From NCBI GenBank assembly GCA_003248865.1, contig QFPK01000005.1:95465-159464 (forward strand): 64,000 bases of DNA, in the 5' to 3' direction. The notes below the pieces were generated by a model, which worked only from the letters and a program-made list of their open reading frames with translations, did no database searches and was not told the DNA's origin. The position numbers and the translations under genes were made by a program. This DNA is from Sphingomonas sp. (GTDB taxonomy: Bacteria > Pseudomonadota > Alphaproteobacteria > Sphingomonadales > Sphingomonadaceae). Within the stretch, counting starts at the first letter, position 1; each line of letters opens with the position of its first letter. This document shows, in pieces, positions 39,814-47,963 of the stretch.

Positions 39814-40881
39814 CTACCGGCTTCGGCTGCGTCGCTCGCCACGCCGGTTGCCCGATGTGGCGGATGACAATCTGCGGCTCTTCTTGGGCGGTCCAGCCAT
39901 GGGCTCCGGCTCGGGCAGGTCCGCCTCGCGCGGGTCAAAACCCAGGCTCTCCAGCGTTTCGGCGAAATGCGGCGGCAGCTCCGCCTTCACGTCCAGCGTG
40001 CCGCCGTCGGGCAGGGCGATCACCAGCCGCCGCGCATGCAGGTGCATCTTGCGAGAGACATTGCCGGTGAGGAAACTCTCCTTGCCGCCATATTTCCCGT
40101 CGCCCACGATCGGCGTGCCGGTGGCGGCGGCATGCACGCGCAGCTGGTGGGTGCGCCCCGTCAGCGGCTGCATCTCCACGAAGGCGGCGCGGTCGGCGGC
40201 GCGGTCGATCACGCGGAACCGCGATTTCGCGACCTGTCCCTCGGCCTCGTCCACATGCATCTTCTCGCCGCCGGTGCCGGGCTGCTTGCCGATGGGCAAG
40301 TCGATCAGGCTGTCGTCCAGATGCGGCCCGCCCGCCGTGACGGCCCAGTAGATCTTCTTGGTGTCGCGGGTCGCGAACAGCTTGCCGAAGAAGGCCGCCG
40401 CGCGGGACGTGCGCGCCAGCAGCAGCACGCCGGAGGTGTCCTTGTCCAGCCGATGCACCAGCTTGGGCCGGTTCTCGGCCTCGAACTGCAGCGCATCCAG
40501 CAGCCCGTCGACATGCTCGAAGGTCTTGCTGCCGCCCTGCGTCGCCAGCCCCGGCGGCTTGTTCAGCACCAGCGCATGCTTGGATCGGTGGATCACAAGG
40601 CTCTGCGCGAACTCGATTTCGTCCGGGCTCAGCTCCCGCTTCGGCTTCACGGGCTTGGGCGCCAGCGCCGCCACCGGCTGAACCTCGATGGGGGGCACCC
40701 GCAGCACCTGGCCTTCCGCCAGCCGGTCGCCCGGCCCCACGCGCTGGCCGTTCAGCCGCAGCTGCCCGGTGCGCGCCCAGCGGCTCACCTGATTGAAGCT
40801 CACATCCGCCATATGCCGCTTGAACCAGCGGTCCACCCGGATGCCGTCATCGTCGGCGGCGATGGTGAATTCCTGGCTCAT
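39814..40881 (-). CDS. rluC: RluA/RluC-family 23S rRNA pseudouridine synthase
   Basis: 355 aa from MSQEFTIAADDDG with an S4 domain, the HRLDKDTSG catalytic motif, GRTHQLRVH, and a basic C-tail. ATG at 40881. Confidence 0.85.
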   Translation of the reverse strand: MSQEFTIAADDDGIRVDRWFKRHMADVSFNQVSRWARTGQLRLNGQRVGPGDRLAEGQVLRVPPIEVQPVAALAPKPVKPKRELSPDEIEFAQSLVIHRSKHALVLNKPPGLATQGGSKTFEHVDGLLDALQFEAENRPKLVHRLDKDTSGVLLLARTSRAAAFFGKLFATRDTKKIYWAVTAGGPHLDDSLIDLPIGKQPGTGGEKMHVDEAEGQVAKSRFRVIDRAADRAAFVEMQPLTGRTHQLRVHAAATGTPIVGDGKYGGKESFLTGNVSRKMHLHARRLVIALPDGGTLDVKAELPPHFAETLESLGFDPREADLPEPEPMAGPPKKSRRLSSATSGNRRGERRSRSR

Positions 40882-41249
40882 GCCGTCAGGCTCCTCATGA
40901 TCCACAGCCCGGCCGCCAGCGCCCCCAGCGCCAGCACCACCGACGCCAGCGCATAGGCGATCGCCGTTCCCGCCTGCCCGCGCTCGATCAGCAGCATCAT
41001 GTCCAGCGAAAAGGCGGAAAAGGTGGTGAAGCCGCCCAGCACGCCAACGCCCAGCAGCAGGCGCCAGCTCTCCCCGCCGGATCCGCGAAACGCCAGCCAT
41101 CCTGCCAGCAGCCCCATGGCGAAGCCGCCCGACACATTCACGATCAGCGTGGCCCAGGGCAGGGCGGTCGCGCCCACCAACCGGCCCACGCCATAGCGCG
41201 CCATGGCGCCCAGCGCGCCACCAAGTCCTACAAGAAGAAAGGCTGTCAC
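40878..41249 (-). CDS. crcB: fluoride ion channel CrcB/FluC
   Basis: 123 aa, 4 TM, with GGALGAMARY, NVSGGF and GFTTFSAFS motifs. Confidence 0.88.
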   Translation of the reverse strand: MTAFLLVGLGGALGAMARYGVGRLVGATALPWATLIVNVSGGFAMGLLAGWLAFRGSGGESWRLLLGVGVLGGFTTFSAFSLDMMLLIERGQAGTAIAYALASVVLALGALAAGLWIMRSLTA

Positions 41250-41270
41250 AGCCCTGCCATAGCTTGGCCG

Positions 41271-42125
41271 TCAGCCGATGCCAAACGTCCATCCTTCGGT
41301 TCGTGCGATGTCGGCTGTCAGTCCCTCGGGTGCCCACCAATGCGCTTCACCCGAAAGCCGCCTCAGGGCCGCCGCCGTCACCAGCGCGTCCGTCTCATGG
41401 TCGCTCAACGCCCGCACGGCAGGGAATGGCGCACTTCCCAGCGCGGCCAGCGCCACGTCCAGCGAAGCCGCCTCGCGAATCTTCAGCCCGCGCCCGCCCG
41501 CGTGGCGCAGCATCGTCCGGCCATAGATTTCCACCACGGTCCGCCCCGAAGGCGGATCGAATGGCCAGATGCTGAACTGCCCGCGAAGCCGGTGCAGCAC
41601 GCGCATTCCCGCGAAGCTCGCCTTGGCCACCTGCGCGGCCCCCACGCAATCGAACAGCGTCGCCGCCTTGCCCCCGCCCCCGGCGTTGAAGCGCAATTCG
41701 CACTGCCGAAAGCGCATGAACGGCGCCTTCTGCCCATCCGCCGCCCCCATCCAGAAGAAGGGCCGCGCCGCCCCCGTCATGAACACATGCGCGCCATAAT
41801 CCACATCGTCAGACGCCTGATCGACGTGCGTCCAGAAGCCAGGCCCGTCCCCCGCTGTCTCCAGCCCCGGCAGATAAGCCCCCTTGTCCACAAAGGGCGG
41901 CGCGAAGGAAAAATCAAACCCGGCCAACACCCTGCCGGGCAGCCCCTCCAGCCAGTCCGCCACCTCCGCGCGCGCCCATCCCCCGCGCGAGGGCGGCGGC
42001 ACCAGCCGGGGCGCTTCAACCCCGGCTTCCGCCACCGCCACGGCGATGCCCTTGTGCCGCGCCCCCTTCGCGCCCGACCAGTCGATGGCAACGAAGCGGT
42101 CGAACTCAGACAGTTGTGGGGGCAT
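41271..42125 (-). CDS. conserved hypothetical protein (family not recognised; IDWSGA N-terminal motif)
   Basis: 284-aa ORF with coding-like composition, immediately upstream of crcB in the same orientation. Confidence 0.55.
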   Translation of the reverse strand: MPPQLSEFDRFVAIDWSGAKGARHKGIAVAVAEAGVEAPRLVPPPSRGGWARAEVADWLEGLPGRVLAGFDFSFAPPFVDKGAYLPGLETAGDGPGFWTHVDQASDDVDYGAHVFMTGAARPFFWMGAADGQKAPFMRFRQCELRFNAGGGGKAATLFDCVGAAQVAKASFAGMRVLHRLRGQFSIWPFDPPSGRTVVEIYGRTMLRHAGGRGLKIREAASLDVALAALGSAPFPAVRALSDHETDALVTAAALRRLSGEAHWWAPEGLTADIARTEGWTFGIG

Positions 42126-43224
42126 TCCTTTTCCGCCGAGCCATCAGGCCCACGAACCCAAAGCCCGCGATCAGCATCGCCCAGCTCGAAGGCTCGGGCA
42201 CCACGCCGAACATCAGCCGGGTGTTGGCGCGGAAATCGGGGTTCGCCAGCACGTCCAGGGTCAGGTTCCAGCCCAGCGCATCGAACGCCGCCAGATCCAG
42301 CGAGTTCACCACGCCCATCTCGCCCCGGCGGGAGGTCGGATCCATCATGCCCAGCCCCTCCTTCCAGTGCGATGCCTGCTGGCCGTCGCCCCAGTTCACC
42401 CCGGTGGAGAAATATCCGCCCAGCAGGGCCGTCTCGCCGCCGTCGATGGAGAAGAAGGGGTCACCCCCCATGGACCAGTCCAGCCCGTTCTCGGAATAGC
42501 GGAACAGGTCCATGCCATGGCCGATCCAGTCATAGTTCCAGTTCCGATAGATGTTCGGCGCGAACTGGTCATAATAATCCACGCCCGACGTGAAGCCCAT
42601 GATGTGGCCGATTTCATGGAAGGCGGTGAAGGTGAAATCATAGGCGCCCTTCGAAATGCCGTCCGTCGGGTCGAAATCGAAGTTCAGGTCGGAATTGAAG
42701 TTGATCGACCCGTCCTTGTAGCTGTCCACATACACCAGCCCCAGCGCCTTGCCCTGGGCCCAGGTCACACCATAGATCCAGTTGTTGTAGCTGCCGTCAT
42801 TGTCATAGACGCTGCTGTACGGGTCGGCCCCCAGCCCCAGCGCCGGATCGGTATAGCCCGGCTTCCACATCCCGATGCTGCCGCTGCTGGCATTGGGCAG
42901 GTGCGCAACCGCGGTCGCATCCAGCGAAGAGGACGCCACGCTGCCCATGGCGTTGATGATGGTGCCGACATTGTCGGTGTAGTAATAGTTGCTGGTGCCC
43001 CCGATCGGCCCGTTCACGCCCTGCGAATAGAAGCTCACGTCGATCCTCAGCGTGGTGTCGGTCGTGATCAGCGATTCCCAGAAATCGGCGGCCTTGCGGA
43101 AGCTGTTGTAGGCGGCGGTGTCTTCCGCCAGCCCGCCCTGATCGAACAGGTCGATCTTCAGCGCGAACGCCGGCTGCGCGGCGAGAGTGGACGCCAGAAC
43201 GGCGGCGAGAATCCGAGCTTTCAT
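42106..43224 (-). CDS. secreted zinc metalloprotease with PEPxxWA-type PEP-CTERM sorting tail
   Basis: Signal peptide, HEIGHIMGF zinc motif, and C-terminal VPEPSSWAMLIAGFGFVGLMARRKR. Confidence 0.8.
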   Translation of the reverse strand: MKARILAAVLASTLAAQPAFALKIDLFDQGGLAEDTAAYNSFRKAADFWESLITTDTTLRIDVSFYSQGVNGPIGGTSNYYYTDNVGTIINAMGSVASSSLDATAVAHLPNASSGSIGMWKPGYTDPALGLGADPYSSVYDNDGSYNNWIYGVTWAQGKALGLVYVDSYKDGSINFNSDLNFDFDPTDGISKGAYDFTFTAFHEIGHIMGFTSGVDYYDQFAPNIYRNWNYDWIGHGMDLFRYSENGLDWSMGGDPFFSIDGGETALLGGYFSTGVNWGDGQQASHWKEGLGMMDPTSRRGEMGVVNSLDLAAFDALGWNLTLDVLANPDFRANTRLMFGVVPEPSSWAMLIAGFGFVGLMARRKRNAPTTV

Positions 43225-43292
43225 ATTACCCCCTGATTAGTTGCCCGCTCTCAGTTCAGGCCTCGGGGCGGCGGAAGTCAACGGGATTAAGG

Positions 43293-43616
43293 TTAACGCT
43301 TGGCGCTGGGCACCCGCCGCGCCCAGGCTTCCGCCAGCAAGGGCGCCAACTCATCGGCCGGCAGCGCCTCATAGCGCACCAGCACGCTGGGCCAGCCGAC
43401 ATAATGCGGCGTCTGGAAGAACAGGTTGGGCTCCATCTCCATCAGCAGCGCCACCCGCTCCACATCCAGCATCAGCACGAAATGGTCATCCGTCCGCCCC
43501 GTGCAGGCGATCAGCTTGCTCTTCACCTTCAACGCCGGGCGGCCATAGCTGGTCGCTTCCTCCACGCCCCTCAGTTGCGCGGCAGCTTGTGTCACGGCGG
43601 TCCAATCAACCGCCAT
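43293..43616 (-). CDS. MmcQ/YjbR-family protein
   Basis: 107 aa: LRGVEEATSYGRPALKVKSKLIA...HYVGWPSVLVRY...LLAEAWARR. ATG at 43616. Confidence 0.7.
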   Translation of the reverse strand: MAVDWTAVTQAAAQLRGVEEATSYGRPALKVKSKLIACTGRTDDHFVLMLDVERVALLMEMEPNLFFQTPHYVGWPSVLVRYEALPADELAPLLAEAWARRVPSAKR

Positions 43617-44286
43617 GTTCAGGTTTCTCGCACGGCTCCGGCCTGTCCCGGAACAGCGTCCACTTGCCCTTGCGTTCGACGATCCAGCCAGCCTGCCGAC
43701 GGCCCTCTTCAGCGGCGTCGTTCGAGTCCGTAAAGGCAACGCAGCCGTCATTCACCCAGCCCGAAATCGTCGCCCAAAACAGCCGATCCTCGCGAAACAG
43801 GGTTTTGCCGTTCCGTATGTCGATAACGGCAATTCCGGGATACATCGGCTCGTTCACTTCAGAATAGTTCGCGACGGCGGCAACGGGACGCGTCCGCGCC
43901 ACAACCGGCGGAGCTTCGACATCGATTTCTTTCCGGCCGCCCTTGATGTCGATCAGATAATAAGACCCGGGCATTTCCCCATGGCTGAACTCAAGTCCCA
44001 GAAAGCGCCCCTGATAAAGGCCATGAACGCGCGTGCGCTTGCAGGTGTCAAAGCCCTCGCATTCACCGGCATCCACATATCGAAAGGCGCGATTGCCCGT
44101 CAGGACGACAAGCTCCGGGCCGCTTCGAACCACCGTTCCCTCTGGCAGCGTTGCCATCACGGTCTGGTTGTCCGGCTTGTCAGCAAGATCTTTGGCGACA
44201 GCCGGAAGCAGAGTGGATGCGGTCGGATCCAATGTCGGCGAGCAGGCCGCGAGGAAGAGAGAGATGCTAGGAAGAGCGGCGCGCAT
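43606..44286 (-). CDS. hypothetical lipoprotein
   Basis: Lipobox LFLAAC after MRAALPSIS. 226 aa. ATG at 44286 overlaps the rarA 3' end. Confidence 0.55.
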   Translation of the reverse strand: MRAALPSISLFLAACSPTLDPTASTLLPAVAKDLADKPDNQTVMATLPEGTVVRSGPELVVLTGNRAFRYVDAGECEGFDTCKRTRVHGLYQGRFLGLEFSHGEMPGSYYLIDIKGGRKEIDVEAPPVVARTRPVAAVANYSEVNEPMYPGIAVIDIRNGKTLFREDRLFWATISGWVNDGCVAFTDSNDAAEEGRRQAGWIVERKGKWTLFRDRPEPCEKPEHGG

Positions 44287-45559
44287 TCCGCAATTCCTCC
44301 CAGAACGCCAGCCGCTCGGAAATGCGCTTCTCCATCCCCCGCTCCGTCGGCCGGTAGAAACTCTGCCGCCCCAGCCGGTCGGGCCAGTAATTGTCGCCCG
44401 AAAAGCCATGCTCCGTATCATGGTCATAGGCATAGCCCGCGCCATGCCCCAGTTCCTTCATCAGTTTCGTGGGCGCATTCACGATGTTCTTCGGCGGCGG
44501 CAGGCTGCCGCTCTCCCGCGCGGTCTTGAAGGCCGCCTTCTGCGCCACATAGGCCGAATTGGATTTGGGCGCGGTCGCCAGATACAGGCAGGCATGCGCG
44601 ATCGCCAGCTCACCCTCGGGCGAGCCGAGAAAGTCGTAAGCGTCTTTCGCCGCCAGCGTCACCGTCAGCGCATTGCTGTCCGCCAGCCCGACATCCTCGC
44701 TCGCGAACCGCACCAGCCGCCGCAGCACATACAGCGGCGCTTCCCCCGCCACCAGCATCCGCGCCAGCCAGTACAATGCCGCATCCGGGTCAGACCCGCG
44801 CAGGGATTTGTGCAGGGCAGAGATCAGGTCATAATGCCCGTCCCGGTCCTTGTCATACACCGGCACCCGCCGCTGCAGCACGTCTGCCATCGCCTTGCGG
44901 TCCAGCGGCGCCGTCAGCCCCAGCCCCAGCAGAGTCTCCGCCTGCCCCAGCAGGAAACGGCCGTCCCCGTCGGCGCCCGCCACCAGCGCCCCACGCGCAT
45001 CCGCCGTCAGCGGCAGCGGCTCCTCCGCATTCGCCTCCGCCCGCGCCAGCAACGCCTCCAGGGCCGCCTCGTCCAGCCGCTCCAGCACCAGCACCTGCGC
45101 CCGGCTGAGGATGGCGGCGTTCAGTTCGAAGCTGGGGTTCTCCGTCGTCGCCCCCACCAGCGTGATGGTGCCATCCTCCATCGGCGCCAGAAAGCCATCC
45201 TGCTGGCTGCGGTTGAAGCGATGAATCTCGTCCACGAACAGCAGGGTGCGCGTGCCCGCCACCCGCGCCGCCGCGAAAATCGCCTTCAGGTCCGCCGTGG
45301 ACGTCATCACCGCCGACACGCCGACAAAGCGATAGCCGGTCGCCTCTGCCAGCAGGCGCGCGATGGTGGTTTTCCCCGTGCCCGGCGGCCCCCACAGGAT
45401 CAGGTTGGGCAGCCTTCCGGCCGCCACCATCCGTGTCAGCGCCCCTTCCGGCCCCAGCAGATGCTGCTGCCCCACTACCTCGTCCAGGCTGTGCGGGCGC
45501 AGCCGCTCGGCCAGCGGGGCGCGGGTTTCATCGGCGGCGGAAGCGAACAGGTCGGCCAT
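44267..45559 (-). CDS. rarA: replication-associated recombination protein A
   Basis: 430 aa AAA+ protein with GPPGTGKTT, LFVDEIHRFN and the MgsA C-terminal domain (YDLISALHKSLRGSD). Confidence 0.92.
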   Translation of the reverse strand: MADLFASAADETRAPLAERLRPHSLDEVVGQQHLLGPEGALTRMVAAGRLPNLILWGPPGTGKTTIARLLAEATGYRFVGVSAVMTSTADLKAIFAAARVAGTRTLLFVDEIHRFNRSQQDGFLAPMEDGTITLVGATTENPSFELNAAILSRAQVLVLERLDEAALEALLARAEANAEEPLPLTADARGALVAGADGDGRFLLGQAETLLGLGLTAPLDRKAMADVLQRRVPVYDKDRDGHYDLISALHKSLRGSDPDAALYWLARMLVAGEAPLYVLRRLVRFASEDVGLADSNALTVTLAAKDAYDFLGSPEGELAIAHACLYLATAPKSNSAYVAQKAAFKTARESGSLPPPKNIVNAPTKLMKELGHGAGYAYDHDTEHGFSGDNYWPDRLGRQSFYRPTERGMEKRISERLAFWEELRNARRSS

Positions 45560-45631
45560 GCGGCTGTCCTACACCGGCCGGGCCGGGGTAGAAAGCGCCG
45601 GGGTCGGCGATATCCGGGCAGGGGAAGCAGA

Positions 45632-46252
45632 TTGTCACCATCCGTCGAACAACTTGTCGCGGCCGGGATCGGGCCGACAGCCACGCGCCGCTTCCAGCCG
45701 GTGCTGGCAGGCGCACTCGCCCGCTTCGGCATCGAGACCCCGCGCCGCGTCGCGGCCTTCCTGGCGCAATGCCATGTCGAATCCGCCGGCTTCACCGCGC
45801 TGGAGGAAAATCTGATGTATTCCAGCGCCGCGCGCCTCACCCAGGTCTGGCCCAGCCGCTTCCCGAACGCGGGCGCCGCCACCCCCTTCGTGCGCAACCC
45901 GCAGCGCCTCGCCAACCTCGTCTATGCCAACCGCAACGGCAATGGGGCGCCGGAATCGGGGGACGGCTGGCGCTATCGCGGCCGGGGGCTGAAGCAGCTC
46001 ACCGGCCGCGCCAACTACAGCAATGCCGCGCGCGCCACCGGCCGCCCCTATGTCGAAAACCCCGCGCTGGTGCAGGAACCCGACGACGCCGTCCTGACGG
46101 CCGCCTGGTTCTGGCAGGCCAAGGGCTGCAACGAACTGGCCGACCGCTGGGACATCGACAGCATCACCCGCCGCGTGAACGGCCCCGCCATGCTGCAGGC
46201 CGCCCAGCGCCGCCGCCGGTCAACCGAGATGCTGCGGGTGCTGGCGGGCTGA
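45632..46252 (+). CDS. glycoside hydrolase family 19 (chitinase/endolysin-like)
   Basis: Last ~206 codons of the 44033..46252 ORF with FLAQCHVESAGF, YRGRGLKQLTGRANY and the AAWFW..IDSITRRVNG pattern. TTG at 45632 is preceded by GGGGAAG. Confidence 0.7.
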   Translation: MSPSVEQLVAAGIGPTATRRFQPVLAGALARFGIETPRRVAAFLAQCHVESAGFTALEENLMYSSAARLTQVWPSRFPNAGAATPFVRNPQRLANLVYANRNGNGAPESGDGWRYRGRGLKQLTGRANYSNAARATGRPYVENPALVQEPDDAVLTAAWFWQAKGCNELADRWDIDSITRRVNGPAMLQAAQRRRRSTEMLRVLAG

Positions 46253-46265
46253 ACGGAGGGGGGAG

Positions 46266-46642
46266 TTTTTTGCCTCCGGCGGGGCCAAGGAAATGATTTC
46301 CCTGCACCCTCTGAGTTGGCGTTGCGCTCCCACTTCGAACTGGTGGGTGTGAACAGATTCGATTGCCTGCGGCGCTCCGCCCGCTCTCCACCCCGCTCAG
46401 GCTGAGCTTGTCGAAGCCCCCGACGCAAAAGCGCAATGGCTGAGTCCGGGCATCACACCCCATGGGGCTTCGACAAGCTCAGCCTGAGCGGGTGGAGGGG
46501 CAGTAAGGCAACACCCATAGCGCCGCAGGCAATCCAGCCCACCGACAGCACAACCTCTGGGCTCTCCCACCAATTATGTGGGTGCAGGGAATTCAATTCC
46601 CTGCCGGGTTCCAACCATGTTCGGGCGGCAGAGCCCTTGGCC
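46266..46642 (+). repeat. copy B of the nested-palindrome MITE-like repeat family, carrying an inner inserted palindrome
   Basis: Ends TTTTTTGCCTCCGGCGGGG..GGAAATGATTTCCCTGCACCC and TGTGGGTGCAGGGAATTCAATTCCCTGCCGGGTTCC. The GATTGCCTGCGGCGC / GCGCCGCAGGCAATC arms are split by a ~200-bp stretch that includes the nested element at 46388-46495. Confidence 0.8.
46388..46495. repeat. nested long-hairpin element inside repeat copy B
   Basis: CCACCCCGCTCAGGCTGAGCTTGTCGAAGCCCC ... GGGGCTTCGACAAGCTCAGCCTGAGCGGGTGG: ~32-bp near-perfect inverted arms around a ~43-nt loop. Confidence 0.75.
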
Positions 46643-46654
46643 TGTACCTGACCC

Positions 46655-47656
46655 CTACTTCCGCGCCCGGCTCACCACGCTCTCCGGCAGGTCCTCGCCG
46701 AACACGCGCTGATAATATTCCGCCACGATCCCGCGTTCGGATTCGTCGCAGCGGTTCAGGAAGCTGGTGCGGAAGGCGAAGCCGACATTTTTGAAGATGT
46801 CGGCGTTCTGCGCCCAGGTGATCACGGTGCGCGGGCTCATCACGGTGGAGATGTCGCCGGCGATGAAGCCTTGCCGCGTCATGTCGGCCACCTTCACCAT
46901 GGCTGCGATCACCTTGGGGTCGGTGTGCGGGCTCTTGGCGTGCACGATCGCGGTTTCGGTGTCGTTGGGCAGATAGTTCAGCGTGGTCACGATGGACCAG
47001 CGGTCCATCTGGCCCTGATTGATCTGCTGGGTGCCGTGATACAGGCCGGATGTATCGCCCAGGCCCACGGTGTTGGCGGTGGCGAATAGGCGGAACCATT
47101 TGTTCGGGCGGATCACCCGGTTCTGGTCCAGCAAGGTCAGCTTGCCTTCCACTTCCAGCACGCGCTGGATCACGAACATCACGTCCGGTCGGCCGGCGTC
47201 ATATTCGTCGAACACCAGTGCTGTCGGCGTCTGCAGCGCCCATGGCAGCAGGCCTTCGCGGAACTCCGTCACCTGCTTGCCGTCGCGCAGCACGATGGCG
47301 TCCTTGCCCACCAGATCGATACGGCTGATGTGGCTGTCCAGGTTGATGCGGATGCAGGGCCAGTTCAGCCGCGCCGCCACCTGCTCGATATGGGTGGATT
47401 TGCCGGTGCCGTGATAGCCCTGCACCATCACCCGCCGGTTGAAGGCGAAGCCCGCCAGGATCGCCAGCGTGGTGTCGGGATCGAACACATAGGTCGGGTC
47501 CAGATCGGGCACGCGCTCATCAGCCTTGCTGAACGCGGGGATCTTCATGTCGATGTCCACGCCGAACACCTCGCGCGCATCCACCTCGGTGTCGGGTGCA
47601 TCCATCAGGGTGGGGGCGTGGCGGTCGGTGTCAGAGGCGAGGTTCAGGCTGGTCAT
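46655..47656 (-). CDS. cobS: CobS-like AAA+ ATPase (aerobic cobaltochelatase small subunit family)
   Basis: 333 aa from MTSLNLASD with [32 protein letters not shown] and the NYLP..E pattern. ATG at 47656. Confidence 0.85.
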   Translation of the reverse strand: MTSLNLASDTDRHAPTLMDAPDTEVDAREVFGVDIDMKIPAFSKADERVPDLDPTYVFDPDTTLAILAGFAFNRRVMVQGYHGTGKSTHIEQVAARLNWPCIRINLDSHISRIDLVGKDAIVLRDGKQVTEFREGLLPWALQTPTALVFDEYDAGRPDVMFVIQRVLEVEGKLTLLDQNRVIRPNKWFRLFATANTVGLGDTSGLYHGTQQINQGQMDRWSIVTTLNYLPNDTETAIVHAKSPHTDPKVIAAMVKVADMTRQGFIAGDISTVMSPRTVITWAQNADIFKNVGFAFRTSFLNRCDESERGIVAEYYQRVFGEDLPESVVSRARK

Positions 47657-47963
47657 GGCGCGCAGCGTTGCCGCCCCCGCGCCCAAATCGCAAGGCCCGA
47701 ATCTGAGGGGGCGAAGCGGCGGAGACCCTGCCGGGAAAGCGGTTAACAAGCGGTAGAGCTGCCGTTTCGTCAAAATGATGTCGGAAAAATACAATCGTTA
47801 ACAGGTGGAATAGGCATAAGGTCGCTTTGCAGACAAACTTCGCCGTGCTGACAGTCACGGGTTCTGCACGGGGCAGTTGAGTTTCATTCATATTCACTGA
47901 CGGCGGAAGTTCCGGCGGAGGATGCCGGACTGTTGTCTGCTGCCGTCCAGCTTGGGGGTTGGT

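Noticed and set aside
41250-41270. Fluoride riboswitch upstream of crcB
   Set aside because: Only ~21 nt separate crcB from the preceding gene's stop, which is too short for the ~60-nt crcB motif. crcB appears to be co-transcribed with the upstream ORF.
44033-45631. 5' part of the 739-aa plus-strand ORF 44033..46252
   Set aside because: It is antisense to rarA and the lipoprotein gene, and the translation is Arg/Pro/Gln-rich. Only the C-terminal GH19 part, from TTG 45632, is credible.
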